Shown in pieces: positions 19,449-29,549 of a DNA stretch of 64,000 nucleotides (within the stretch, counting starts at the first letter, position 1; the number at the start of each line of letters is the position of its first letter). A program made the translations under genes and the position numbers. Where the stretch lies: NCBI GenBank assembly GCA_018971305.1, contig JAGXBC010000001.1, forward strand, positions 173,956 to 237,955, read 5' to 3'. The notes under the pieces were generated by a model, which did no database searches, had not been told where the DNA came from, and worked only from the letters and a program-made list of their open reading frames with translations. The stretch comes from Patescibacteria group bacterium. Its GTDB lineage: Bacteria > Patescibacteriota > Minisyncoccia > UBA6257 > 2-01-FULL-56-20.

Positions 19449-20495
19449 ATGACACAGGCTCCAAAAAAATCCAAAGAGGAAAACACAAAAGAACTTGACG
19501 GCCTTATCTCCTCCCTTCGGGAAAAATTCGGCGAGGGAGCGATAATGAAGCTCGGCGAAGCGAAACACGTTGACGTATCGGTTGTTCCCACCGGTTCATT
19601 CTCTTTAGACCTTGCACTCGGCGTCGGCGGCCTGCCTCGGGGAAGAATCATTGAGATTTACGGACCGGAATCCAGCGGCAAAACAACTTTGGCTTTGAAT
19701 GTTGTGGCTCAAGCACAACGCCAGGGAGGAAAAACTGCTTTTATTGACGCTGAGCACGCCATGGACCCCGAATACGCAGCGCGCCTGGGAGTTAAGATCA
19801 ATGAACTCTTGATATCCCAGCCCGACAGTGGTGAAGAGGCCCTCAATATTCTAGAAAGCTTAGTGCGTTCGGAAATGATTTCCGTTGTAGTTGTTGACTC
19901 CGTGGCGGCACTCACTCCTAAGGCAGAAATTGAGGGAGAAATGGGAGCTCAACACGTCGGCCGCCAGGCAAGAATGATGGCCCAGGCCCTGCGGAAACTC
20001 ACAGCTCTTGCCGCGAAAACGCAGACGATGGTAATTTTTATAAATCAATTGCGGATGAAAATAGGCGTAATGTTCGGCAACCCGGAAACGACACCTGGAG
20101 GAATGGCCTTAAAATTCGCGGCATCGGTGCGCATTGACGTCCGCCGAATCGCCCAAGTGAAAAAGGGTGAAGAGGTTATGGGAAACCGTGTAAGGGCAAA
20201 GGTTGTAAAAAATAAAGTGGCCCCGCCGTTCCGCCTCGCGGAATTCGACATAATGTTCAACGAAGGAATCTCCTATGAGGCAGACGTACTTAATGCCGGG
20301 ATAAAATACGATGTGGTCAAGAAATCCGGCGCAAGTTATTCTTTCGGCGGAGAAAAACTGGGGACTGGCTTTGATAATGTCCGCGAAAAGCTTAAAGAAG
20401 ATAAAAAAATCGTCAACGAGATAAAGAAGAAAGTGGTGGAGGCTATAAAAACTGGCCCAGCGAAAGAAAAGGAAGAGGATAAGAAAACTTCCTGA
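19449..20495 (+). CDS. recA: Recombinase RecA
   Basis: The ORF is 19413..20495. The likely start is MTQAPKK at 19449. Walker A motif [12 protein letters not shown], plus the FIDAEHA and [22 protein letters not shown] loops. Confidence 0.95.
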   Translation: MTQAPKKSKEENTKELDGLISSLREKFGEGAIMKLGEAKHVDVSVVPTGSFSLDLALGVGGLPRGRIIEIYGPESSGKTTLALNVVAQAQRQGGKTAFIDAEHAMDPEYAARLGVKINELLISQPDSGEEALNILESLVRSEMISVVVVDSVAALTPKAEIEGEMGAQHVGRQARMMAQALRKLTALAAKTQTMVIFINQLRMKIGVMFGNPETTPGGMALKFAASVRIDVRRIAQVKKGEEVMGNRVRAKVVKNKVAPPFRLAEFDIMFNEGISYEADVLNAGIKYDVVKKSGASYSFGGEKLGTGFDNVREKLKEDKKIVNEIKKKVVEAIKTGPAKEKEEDKKTS

Positions 20496-20517
20496 TAATA
20501 GATGTGTAAATAAAAAT

Positions 20518-20538
20518 GAGGCGCGCTTGCGCCTCTTT
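20518..20538. terminator. Bidirectional terminator hairpin between convergent genes
   Basis: gaggcgc-gctt-gcgcctc flanked by A-run and T-run sequence. Confidence 0.5.
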
Positions 20539-20550
20539 AAATATCCAATC

Positions 20551-21204
20551 TTATTCAAGATAATCTACAACGACAGGCTCTGGCCTTAATTCATTATTTC
20601 CCTTGGCGCCACCGAAAATCCTAAGAGTGCTAAATCCCCTCACAAGCGAATGACCAATCCACCTCCTGTCTACCGGAGAAAATTTGTTCTGATCATCGCC
20701 GTCTTCAAAAAGAAGGCTTAAACCTAAAAATTCAAGCCATTCTTCGTGCCGCATGGCATTCAATCCCAGGTAATGGTAAGACCTCCCCGACGCTATAATA
20801 TATCCGGGGAGAACCAGGTCGCTTTTCGATCTGCTCATAACCGTTCCGAATTCTTGTCGTAATATGCCAATAGCATCGTCTGAAATCGGAATGGAAAAAT
20901 CTAATTGAGGTAAATACATAGCTTCACCGTTCTTATGTCGGGCAACAGAGCATAAGCCGACAACGGTTGACACGCTTAACGCACAATTATCACGTAATAA
21001 AAGCAGCTCTTCCTTAACCGTATCTTTTTTAGAAACGTCTAGCAAAGAATACTTGCGCTCCGATTCGCTTTGCGTCATACCATTCGACTTATAAATAAAA
21101 CAAACTGTTCGTAGGTTGACTAACTCTTTATTCCTTTCGGCAATTTCCAAGACAACGTCGATAGAATGCGCCGTCCCGTTCAGAGGAAGCATATAGACCT
21201 CCAT
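20551..21204 (-). CDS. Hypothetical protein (weak AEP primase-polymerase-like motifs)
   Basis: 217-aa ORF with no family I recognise. See the findings for the motif resemblance (SGRSYHYLG). Confidence 0.5.
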   Translation of the reverse strand: MEVYMLPLNGTAHSIDVVLEIAERNKELVNLRTVCFIYKSNGMTQSESERKYSLLDVSKKDTVKEELLLLRDNCALSVSTVVGLCSVARHKNGEAMYLPQLDFSIPISDDAIGILRQEFGTVMSRSKSDLVLPGYIIASGRSYHYLGLNAMRHEEWLEFLGLSLLFEDGDDQNKFSPVDRRWIGHSLVRGFSTLRIFGGAKGNNELRPEPVVVDYLE

Positions 21205-21270
21205 GATTCAAGGATGTAAATTCGAGCTGTTTAGAATATAACCAATCTGAACCTATGGCGCAATAGTTTT

Positions 21271-22290
21271 CTACAACCTCGATATTGCTTCGTTAAATCC
21301 GCTCTCTGAAGCGCTCATAATTAGATAACCGTTATACCAGCCGTAAACGAAAGCGGCGCCCGGCGAAGAAAATGTCAGTTCGCGCGCTGGCTGACCGCTT
21401 AAAGTTATATCCTTGAATCCATTCGTGTCGGCATTGCCCGGGGAAGTTAAAAAGAATCCGGGAACTTGCGACGATTGTTCGATTTTTGCAACGTCGTCTT
21501 TCAGGAACAACCAATTCTCGGTCGGCTTCAGTTGCAGAATATATCCGGGCCAGGAACCATTTTTATCTTTGTAAACAAACATCGTCGCGTCCGTATTGAA
21601 ATGGGCGAAGAGATAAGCCGGATCCAAAAGCGCCACATCGGCATAATTTAAAAGCTGGATTGCTTCATAGTTATTGCCTTTCTCATCCTCGGCGTTCACT
21701 TCAAAGAAACCTCCGGTACTCGTTGACGGCAAAATTCCTAAAAGTTTTTGGCTGTACGTTTGCAAATCAAAAGAACTTTGGGCCGTGGAACGGATAACAA
21801 GCACAAGCGTTTTATCCGCAGATTTCTTAAAGAACGATTGATGAATAGTACTCCCTGCCGCAGTCACCGATTGATTTGCGCCAGTTTGTTGCTGTGCCGG
21901 CTGTCCTGCCTGATCCTGTTTCTGAATGGTAGCGGGGGCTCCGGTACTGCCACCAGGAGGAGGCAAGATATTATAGAACAAAAATGCTCCGGCACCGATA
22001 GCGCCAATGGCAATGAGTGTGATGAGGGGAATTAAAAAACTATTTTTTTTTATGCCTCCAGCCGGTCCGTTGGTTTCTTCCGTTTGCACCGGACGCACGG
22101 TTGCGACTTTCACGCTTTTGAATCTCGGGCCAGAACCTCCGCTTGCCACCATCGATTCAATATCCGATTGCATCGTACGAATCCTTACCTCGTGCGGCGG
22201 CTCGGGAATGCTCGGGCTTGAATCTTCGGTGTTTGGCGATTGCCCGACACTGCCAGCTGCCCAAAAATTTTCTTGATTGTTTTCTGCCAT
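21271..22290 (-). CDS. Hypothetical membrane-anchored protein with disordered N-terminus
   Basis: 339 aa. A low-complexity N-terminus, one TM helix (FLIPLITLIAIGAIGAGAFLFYNIL) and a globular C-terminal part. Confidence 0.55.
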   Translation of the reverse strand: MAENNQENFWAAGSVGQSPNTEDSSPSIPEPPHEVRIRTMQSDIESMVASGGSGPRFKSVKVATVRPVQTEETNGPAGGIKKNSFLIPLITLIAIGAIGAGAFLFYNILPPPGGSTGAPATIQKQDQAGQPAQQQTGANQSVTAAGSTIHQSFFKKSADKTLVLVIRSTAQSSFDLQTYSQKLLGILPSTSTGGFFEVNAEDEKGNNYEAIQLLNYADVALLDPAYLFAHFNTDATMFVYKDKNGSWPGYILQLKPTENWLFLKDDVAKIEQSSQVPGFFLTSPGNADTNGFKDITLSGQPARELTFSSPGAAFVYGWYNGYLIMSASESGFNEAISRL

Positions 22291-22374
22291 TTGTTTTTAT
22301 TTTAACATCCGGAAACCGATTATCGCCAACGGCACCGATTACTAAAATCCCAGGGATGGTTTAGAATTAAAGTT

Positions 22375-23907
22375 ATGCAGAAACGTTCGGTAATGCTTAT
22401 AATTTTGGACGGTTGGGGAATTGGCAAAGAAGACGATACCAATCCGGTTAACATCGCGAAGCCGGAGACATTTTCCTGGCTACGAAAAAATTTTCCCTTA
22501 ACTAGCCTGCGGGCATCGGGTATTGCAGTAGGTCTCCCCTGGGGAGAAACAGGCAACAGCGAGGTCGGACATTTAACGCTCGGTGCCGGCAAGGTTATAT
22601 ATCAATACTACCCGAAAATCACTATGGCTATTCAAGACGGCAGCTTCTTTGAAAATCCGGTCTTAAAAGATGCCTTCGCCCATGCAAGAAAAAATAGCTC
22701 GGCAGTCAACTTCGCCGGGCTTTTGAGCCGCGGCAACGTCCATGCGGCGCTCGATCATCTGCTAGCTCTTATTGAAATGGGCGAGAAAGAAAACGTGCCG
22801 GTGAAACTTCATCTTTTCGCCGACGGCAAGGACACCCCTCCCAAGAGCGTGCTAAAATTCCTCAAAGAAATTCCCGCGGAAAAAATTGCCACGCTCACCG
22901 GCCGCTATTACGCGATGGACCGCAGCGGAAAATGGCAACTAACTGAACAGGCTTATAACAACCTTGTCGGTAAATCAGGAATAATCGTCGTGAGTCCCGA
23001 CGAAGAGTTGGAAAAGGTTTTCTCCCGCGATCTTTCGGAAGAATATCTACCGCCCTTAAGATTCGGCGCCGGAAGTGAGATAAAAGACGGCGAGTCGCTT
23101 GTCTTCTTCAACTACCGCGAAGACAGCATCCGTCAGACAGCCGAGGCCTTCATTTTAAAAGATTTCAACGAATTCCCGCGTGAAAATTTCCAAGACCTGT
23201 ATATCGCCACATTCACCCATTATGAAGACAAACTTACTGCTCCGGTTGTTTTTGACGGCGACAAAGTAATGGAACCTCTCGGCAAAGTCATAAGTGATGC
23301 CGGGAAAAATCAACTGCGTCTCGCCGAGAGCTATAAATATGCCCACGTAACATTTTTTTTCAACGGCTATAGAGAATCACCTTTCAAAAACGAGTATAGA
23401 ATTTTAATTCCTTCTCTCTCAACCGCCAAACCAGAAGAGCATCCCGAACTCCAAGCCCAGGCCATAACCGACCGCCTGCTGGAAACAATACAAAATCCGG
23501 CATTTGATTTTATTCTTGTCAATTATTCCAACCCGGATACGATGGGACACACTGCCAACTTTGAGGCCGGCGTGGAAGCCGTTCGCACCATAGATAAAGA
23601 ACTCGGCCGCCTTTTAAAATCGGCGATAAACCCGGACATGGCGATTATCATAACTTCCGATCACGGCAATATAGAAGAAATGCTTGATCCAACCACTGGT
23701 TTACCCGAAAGTCAGCACGATCCGAACCCGGTCCCCTTATATCTCATCGCTCCGGAATTCAAGGGGAAAAAATTCTTGAACTGGCAGAATATTGAGAACG
23801 AAACGATGGGCGGACTAGCGGATGTCGCCCCTACCATTTTGGAACTTTTAGGCATCAAACAGCCGCCCGAAATGACGGGTAGAAGCCTATTGGAGGGGTT
23901 AATATAA
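22375..23907 (+). CDS. gpmI: 2,3-bisphosphoglycerate-independent phosphoglycerate mutase
   Basis: 510 aa. Contains LIILDGWGIG, NSEVGHLTLGAG and ITSDHGN. Confidence 0.95.
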   Translation: MQKRSVMLIILDGWGIGKEDDTNPVNIAKPETFSWLRKNFPLTSLRASGIAVGLPWGETGNSEVGHLTLGAGKVIYQYYPKITMAIQDGSFFENPVLKDAFAHARKNSSAVNFAGLLSRGNVHAALDHLLALIEMGEKENVPVKLHLFADGKDTPPKSVLKFLKEIPAEKIATLTGRYYAMDRSGKWQLTEQAYNNLVGKSGIIVVSPDEELEKVFSRDLSEEYLPPLRFGAGSEIKDGESLVFFNYREDSIRQTAEAFILKDFNEFPRENFQDLYIATFTHYEDKLTAPVVFDGDKVMEPLGKVISDAGKNQLRLAESYKYAHVTFFFNGYRESPFKNEYRILIPSLSTAKPEEHPELQAQAITDRLLETIQNPAFDFILVNYSNPDTMGHTANFEAGVEAVRTIDKELGRLLKSAINPDMAIIITSDHGNIEEMLDPTTGLPESQHDPNPVPLYLIAPEFKGKKFLNWQNIENETMGGLADVAPTILELLGIKQPPEMTGRSLLEGLI

Positions 23908-23967
23908 TCCGCTCCATTAAAGAAAATATACATCCGCTTTGCCCGTTTTTTGCTATAATTATATAAA

Positions 23968-24315
23968 GTGAAATTTCTAGCTAAAATCTTTCTCGTCATA
24001 GCCGCTAACGCCGGAGCAATCTGGGCGGCAGCGACTTATGTTCCCGGATTCCATTTCTCCGGGAGCACGATAGAACTCCTTGAGCTCGCCCTTATATTAA
24101 TGGCTCTCAATCTTATATTAAAGCCAATCGTTAAATTACTTCTCGGTCCGATAATTGTCCTCACGCTCGGCATCGGCCTTATAGTAGTAAATGCTTTAAT
24201 GCTTTATATTCTTGACATTTTTTCCAAAAGCATTACGATTGAAACCATTCCTGCGCTAGTTTACGGAACGCTCATCGTCAGCGTTATAAATTTTATTGTT
24301 CACCTTGCGACGTAG
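23968..24315 (+). CDS. Small 4-TM membrane protein (DUF360 / holin-superfamily-IV-like)
   Basis: 115 aa with a GTG start and four hydrophobic helices. The N-terminus resembles the YvlD/DUF360 family. Confidence 0.5.
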   Translation: MKFLAKIFLVIAANAGAIWAAATYVPGFHFSGSTIELLELALILMALNLILKPIVKLLLGPIIVLTLGIGLIVVNALMLYILDIFSKSITIETIPALVYGTLIVSVINFIVHLAT

Positions 24316-24324
24316 GAATCTTTA

Positions 24325-24546
24325 TTGGACATGTTAATCCCAATTCTCCAAATAATTATCGCTCTGGTCTTGGTCGTACTTATATTACTGCAGGAACGTT
24401 CTGCCGGGCTTTCCGGTATTTTTGGCGGCGAAGGCGGCGGGTTCTATCAAACTCGCCGAGGCCTGGAAAAGGTTATTTTTTATTCCACGATAGTGCTTAC
24501 GATTATTTTCGTAGCTCTTGCGATATATCAGCTTATTTACGGTTAA
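24325..24546 (+). CDS. secG: Preprotein translocase subunit SecG
   Basis: 73 aa. Two TM helices flank the SecG signature LLQERSAGLSGIFGG. Confidence 0.8.
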   Translation: MDMLIPILQIIIALVLVVLILLQERSAGLSGIFGGEGGGFYQTRRGLEKVIFYSTIVLTIIFVALAIYQLIYG

Positions 24547-24621
24547 AACCGGCGGCGGATAACGAATTTCATCGCGTACGAACGAATTCGTAAAATTTGC
24601 GCCGGATCAGAAATTCGTTTT

Positions 24622-26271
24622 ATGTATACGCTTAAAAAAATATTCCTTGCGCTCACTGTTAAAGAAAAAGTCGTCTTTGTCGGAGCCGCTATACTCTTTA
24701 TTATCAGCGGTCTTACTCTTTTCGGCCTCGGGCTAGCCAAATCCACGGAGGCCGTACCGGCGGCAGGCGGAAGATATGCTGAGGGAGTTGTGGGCCAGCC
24801 CATCTATATAAATCCCGTAATAGCTTCAAACGAAATAGACAGGGGTTTGGTCAAACTTGTTTTCAGCAACATCCAGGATATTGCGGACAAAATTGACGTT
24901 TCACCGGACGGCAGGATATGGAAAATACGCCTCAAAACCGATCTCCATTGGCAGGACGGAGAGAAGCTCACTAGCGACGACGTTATTTTCACAATCCAAA
25001 AAATACAAGACCAAGAAACCAATTCTCCATTTTTCGGTGAATGGCAGGGGGTGGCGGCTCAACGCTTAAGCGAATTAGAATTGCAACTAAGCCTTGTAAA
25101 CCCCTACGCCTTTTTCTCCGACACCCTCAAGAATCTTTACATTTTACCAAAACACCTTTTCGCAGACGTACCGCCTGCCAACTGGCGACTCTCCGATTAT
25201 AATTTAAAACCCATCGGCAGCGGGCCTTATAAATTCCTCTCTTACGATAAAAGAACCGATGGTTTTATTTATATGTACAGACTTGCCGCCTGGGATAAAT
25301 ACTTCGGAGACAAATCGCTTATCCAAAATTTTGACTTTCAACTATTTTCCAACGCAGACGACCTTATCAATAATTTCAACTCTGGGGCCATTGATGGCAT
25401 TGCCGGAATTGAACCGGCTGAAATCGCGCAGATAAAACGCCCCTACGAAAACATCTCTTTCCGCTTGCCTAACTACTATGCCGTATTCCTCAATCAGTCA
25501 AAAAGCGTTCCGCTTAAGGATGTAGCCGTACGCCAGGCACTGACATTAGCGACTGACAAAGAAAATATCATAAATAGCGTTTTGGGTGGACGTGGCAGTA
25601 TTGATGCCGGTCCGATTCCCGAAGGCGCACCCTACTACAATCCGGGAATAGAAACTGCCACCAACTCCCTCGAACTTGCCTCCGCGACCCTGGATGCCGC
25701 CGGTTGGAAAATTGACGCTTCCGGCACGCGCGAAAAGACCATCGGTAAAACCAAGGTGCCGCTGGAGCTGAACCTCTCGGTACCGCAAATAGATTTTCTG
25801 ACACAGACCGCGGATATTCTGCGGCAAGAATGGCAGCGTGTCGGATTTAAAATCAACATCGTCTCGCAGCCTATTAACGATATAACTGATAACACGATAA
25901 AAAATAGGGACTACGAAATGCTCTTGTTCGGCAATGTTCTCGGCCGGAGTTCAGACCTTTTTTCTTTCTGGCATTCATCGGAAAGATTCTACCCTGGGTT
26001 AAATCTGGCAATTTACAATAATAAAACGGCCGATCCGCTCATTGAGTCAATCAGGCAAAATCTGGATAATACCAATCGAACCGATCAGTTCAACAAACTA
26101 TTAAGTATTATAATGAACGACTATCCCGCGGTTTTTCTCTACTCTCCGGACTACCTATACCTCGCGAGCAAGAATCTTCACGGAGTTGAGAGCGGATTCC
26201 TATCTGATCCATCCGATATCTTCACCACTGCCAATAAATGGTATCTAAAAACAGCAAGGGTGCTAAAATAG
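24622..26271 (+). CDS. ABC transporter substrate-binding protein, family 5 (peptide/nickel type)
   Basis: 549 aa. N-terminal anchor and family-5 SBP-like segments (WQDGEKLTSDDVIFT, GSGPYKF). Confidence 0.8.
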   Translation: MYTLKKIFLALTVKEKVVFVGAAILFIISGLTLFGLGLAKSTEAVPAAGGRYAEGVVGQPIYINPVIASNEIDRGLVKLVFSNIQDIADKIDVSPDGRIWKIRLKTDLHWQDGEKLTSDDVIFTIQKIQDQETNSPFFGEWQGVAAQRLSELELQLSLVNPYAFFSDTLKNLYILPKHLFADVPPANWRLSDYNLKPIGSGPYKFLSYDKRTDGFIYMYRLAAWDKYFGDKSLIQNFDFQLFSNADDLINNFNSGAIDGIAGIEPAEIAQIKRPYENISFRLPNYYAVFLNQSKSVPLKDVAVRQALTLATDKENIINSVLGGRGSIDAGPIPEGAPYYNPGIETATNSLELASATLDAAGWKIDASGTREKTIGKTKVPLELNLSVPQIDFLTQTADILRQEWQRVGFKINIVSQPINDITDNTIKNRDYEMLLFGNVLGRSSDLFSFWHSSERFYPGLNLAIYNNKTADPLIESIRQNLDNTNRTDQFNKLLSIIMNDYPAVFLYSPDYLYLASKNLHGVESGFLSDPSDIFTTANKWYLKTARVLK

Positions 26272-26291
26272 GCAATCATCAAAGGCGCGGC

Positions 26292-26319
26292 TTGACTTTA
26301 CTGCCCTATCTGCTATAAT
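26292..26319 (+). promoter_or_regulatory. Near-consensus sigma70-type promoter upstream of tRNA-Leu / RNase J
   Basis: TTGACT (26292-97), a 16-nt spacer, then TATAAT (26314-19). Confidence 0.35.
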
Positions 26320-26438
26320 GATAATAATCTCAATTAATACCTCCTTTTGCTAATTGACTTCGATGATGGCTTTTAACCAGGCGACATATCTGCTGTTTTA
26401 AGAGAATTCTGCGTGCTTTTTGTTATTAAATTTTCCTT

Positions 26439-26522
26439 GCCCTCCTGGTGGAATTGGCAGACACGTACGCTTCAGGTGCGTATGTCCGCAAGGACGTAGA
26501 GGTTCAAATCCTCTGGAGGGCA
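26439..26522 (+). tRNA. tRNA-Leu (anticodon CAG), type II with long variable arm
   Basis: GCCCTCC...GGAGGGCA acceptor stem, anticodon loop TTCAGGT, variable arm TGTCCGCAAGGACGT and T-loop GGTTCAAATCC. Close to E. coli tRNA-Leu(CAG). No CCA is encoded. Confidence 0.9.
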
Positions 26523-26614
26523 CAAGCGCATCCCGCCGAAACGGGACGATCACAAAATTATAGGGGTTCCAACACCGCTCCCCTAACACAAAATAAAATC
26601 TAAATAAAAAAATT

Positions 26615-28504
26615 ATGCTAAAAAAATCAACGGAACGTCCGCGGATAAAACCTCCGGCCGTGCCGCGTCGTAATCCTCCGGATGCAGGCGGGGCAATTCC
26701 AAAGCGAACCGCTCGTCCGGCACAAACCGGATCACGAGGCGGAAATGGCAACGCCTTTCAACACGCGCGTCATTTTTCGCGCACACGCGAAACTAATCCA
26801 TCTCCGAAACCGGAATACGAAAAAACGGGCGGCGATGAAAATAGCGACAAACTCCGCTTCGTACCCCTTGGCGGACTGGAAGAAGTCGGGAGAAATTCTA
26901 TGTTCTATGAATACAAGAACGAGATCGTCGTGGTAGATCTCGGCCTGCAATTTCCGGAAGAAGAAACTCCGGGAATAGATTATATAATTCCCAACGTCAC
27001 TTATCTTGAAAAGAAAAAAACCAATGTCCAGGCCGTAATTTTGACTCACGCTCACTACGACCACATCGGCGCCGTTCCGCACGTCATAGAAAAACTCGGC
27101 AATCCTCCGATATACACGACATCCATCACGAAAGCGATAATAGAAAAACGCCAATCGGATTTCCCGAACAGTCCGAAACTGAACATTGAGGTCATCAAGA
27201 ATGGAGATAAAATCAAACTCTCTAATTATTTTGAAGCGGAGTTCTTCGGCGTACCGCATACTGTCCCAGAAACTGTCGGAGTTGTTTTAAAAACTCCCAT
27301 AGGAAATATGGTTCACTTCGCCGACTTCAGAATTGAATATGACGAGAAGGGAACCGCTCACGGCCTTGAAGAATTCGAGCGCATCGGCAAACTCGGTATC
27401 CACACATTTACCATAGACAGCACCAATGCCGAAAAAGAAGGAAAAACAATTTCGGAAAAAACCGTTGAGAAAAACCTGGAAGAGATCTTCCGCAAATCAG
27501 ACGGCAGGATAATCGTCGCCACCTTCGCTTCGCTTTTAACCCGCATCGCGGAAATAATAAAAATAGCCGAGAAAATCGGGCGGCGCGTGGCTTTATCCGG
27601 CTATTCAATGAAAACCAACGTACAGATCGCGCAAAACCTCGGCTTTATCAAAGCCAAACAGGGAACGATAATCTCTCTTGATGAAATAAACAAGCATAGG
27701 GACGAGAAACTTCTTATCCTCTCCACCGGCGCCCAAGGCGAAGCGAATGCCAGCTTGATGAAAATAATCAACGGCGAACACCGGCAGGTTAAACTCAAAC
27801 ACGGCGACACGGTTGTGCTTTCGTCTTCCGTAATCCCGGGAAACGAGCGAAGCGTCCAAGTCGTGAAAGATAATCTGGCAAGACAGGGTGCGATAGTCCA
27901 CACTTCGGCATTGATAGACATCCACTCTTCCGGACACGCCCCCAAAGATGACCTGCAACTCGTAATGAAACTTATTAAGCCGAAATTCCTGCTCCCCGTT
28001 CATGGCTACTATTTCATGCGCTCGGCAAACGCCCAGTCGGCGCGGGAAGTTGGCATACCGAAAGAAAACGTCATCTTGATGGACAACGGCCAAGTCGCCG
28101 AACTTGATAAAGACAGTTTCAAAATAACCAAAGAAACCGTTCCGGCGTTTTACGTTATGGTTGACGGCCTTGGCGTCGGCGACGTGGAAGAAGTGGTTCT
28201 CCGCGACAGGCGCGCGCTTGCCGCCGAAGGAATGGTTGTGATTATCACAACCATAGATAAAGACAAAGGTAAATTACTTAAGAGCCCGGACATCATTTCG
28301 CGCGGATTTATTTATCTCAAAGAAAATCAGGAGGTCTTAGATCAGGTGAGAAAAAAGATCCGCGACCTGATGCAGCGCCTGCCGAGCTACCAGCCGATTG
28401 AAGCCGACTATCTGAAAACCCTTATCCGCGATCAAGTAGGACAGTTCCTCTATACTAAAACCAAGAGACGTCCCATGATATTGCCGGTAATAATAGAAAT
28501 CTAG
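26615..28504 (+). CDS. rnj: Ribonuclease J (MBL/beta-CASP) with about 80-aa basic N-terminal extension
   Basis: 629 aa. Contains LRFVPLGGLEEVGRNSMFYEY, LTHAHYDHIGAVP and HSSGHA. The N-terminal 80 aa are Pro/Arg/Lys-rich and low in complexity. Confidence 0.9.
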   Translation: MLKKSTERPRIKPPAVPRRNPPDAGGAIPKRTARPAQTGSRGGNGNAFQHARHFSRTRETNPSPKPEYEKTGGDENSDKLRFVPLGGLEEVGRNSMFYEYKNEIVVVDLGLQFPEEETPGIDYIIPNVTYLEKKKTNVQAVILTHAHYDHIGAVPHVIEKLGNPPIYTTSITKAIIEKRQSDFPNSPKLNIEVIKNGDKIKLSNYFEAEFFGVPHTVPETVGVVLKTPIGNMVHFADFRIEYDEKGTAHGLEEFERIGKLGIHTFTIDSTNAEKEGKTISEKTVEKNLEEIFRKSDGRIIVATFASLLTRIAEIIKIAEKIGRRVALSGYSMKTNVQIAQNLGFIKAKQGTIISLDEINKHRDEKLLILSTGAQGEANASLMKIINGEHRQVKLKHGDTVVLSSSVIPGNERSVQVVKDNLARQGAIVHTSALIDIHSSGHAPKDDLQLVMKLIKPKFLLPVHGYYFMRSANAQSAREVGIPKENVILMDNGQVAELDKDSFKITKETVPAFYVMVDGLGVGDVEEVVLRDRRALAAEGMVVIITTIDKDKGKLLKSPDIISRGFIYLKENQEVLDQVRKKIRDLMQRLPSYQPIEADYLKTLIRDQVGQFLYTKTKRRPMILPVIIEI

Positions 28505-28512
28505 TTAACCAT

Positions 28513-28539
28513 AAAAAAACCGCACAAAATGCGGTTTTT
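28513..28539 (+). terminator. Rho-independent terminator of rnj
   Basis: aaaaaaaccgca-caaaa-tgcggttttta. Confidence 0.7.
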
Positions 28540-28556
28540 ATGTTAGAATTTTAATT

Positions 28557-29549
28557 ATGAAACCAATTCTTGTTTCCGGCATCCAGACTTCAGGCCGATT
28601 GCACCTTGGCAATTATTTGGGCGCCTTAAAAAATTTTGTTGACCTGCAAAATTCGGGAAAGTACGATTGTTATTTTTTCTTAGCCGACTTACATTCATTA
28701 ACCGAGGCGTTCAATCCAGAAGATAAACATAAACAAGTCATTGAACTGGCCGCGGATTTTCTGGCTGCCGGCCTGGACCCCAAGAAATCCGTTATCTTCC
28801 AGCAATCGCAGGTCCCGGCGCATACGGAACTCGGATGGATTTTCAATACGATTACGCCATTCGGAGAATTAAACAGGATGACACAGTTTAAAGAGAAATC
28901 CGACGCGCAAAAAGAAAATGCGAATGTCGGGCTTTTAACTTATCCCACTCTGATGGCCGCCGACATTCTTTTATATGACGCCAAATTTGTGCCGGTTGGC
29001 GACGACCAAAAACAGCATTTGGAACTCACGAGAACTATCGCCCGTAAATTCAACGCCAAATTCGGCGAAACTTTCACGGAGCCACAACCACTATTTACAG
29101 CAGCCACTCGGGTGATGAACCTTGGCGAACCGGAGCGAAAAATGTCCAAGTCGCGCTCGCATCCACAAAACGTGATTTTCGTTGACGACTCGCCGGAAGA
29201 AATTTCCGCCAAAATAAAATCCGCCGTAACAGACTCCGGCTCGGAGGTTAAGTACGACATCAAAAACAAACCCGCAATAAGCAACTTGCTTACTATCTAT
29301 TCCGCCCTAAGCGGAGAAGCCATCCCTAAACTGGAGAAATATTTCACAGGGAAAAAGTATTCAGAGTTCAAAGTTAAGCTTGCAGAGCTGATATCCGATT
29401 ACTTCGCGGATTACCGCAAGAAGAAAAAGTTATTACTCGCCAAACCGCAGACACTTATAACAACGCTCAAATCCGGTTCAGCCAAAGCGGCAAAAGTTGC
29501 CGACAAAAAGATACACGAAGTTAAAAAAATAATAGGATTGGCGATTTAA
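28557..29549 (+). CDS. trpS: Tryptophan--tRNA ligase
   Basis: 330 aa. Contains GIQTSGRLHLGNYLGA (HIGH-type motif) and KMSKS. Confidence 0.95.
   Translation: MKPILVSGIQTSGRLHLGNYLGALKNFVDLQNSGKYDCYFFLADLHSLTEAFNPEDKHKQVIELAADFLAAGLDPKKSVIFQQSQVPAHTELGWIFNTITPFGELNRMTQFKEKSDAQKENANVGLLTYPTLMAADILLYDAKFVPVGDDQKQHLELTRTIARKFNAKFGETFTEPQPLFTAATRVMNLGEPERKMSKSRSHPQNVIFVDDSPEEISAKIKSAVTDSGSEVKYDIKNKPAISNLLTIYSALSGEAIPKLEKYFTGKKYSEFKVKLAELISDYFADYRKKKKLLLAKPQTLITTLKSGSAKAAKVADKKIHEVKKIIGLAI

Noticed and set aside
26398-26751. 117-aa minus-strand ORF
   Set aside because: It overlaps the tRNA-Leu gene and the 5' end of rnj on the opposite strand, and its product is Arg/Pro-rich and implausible.
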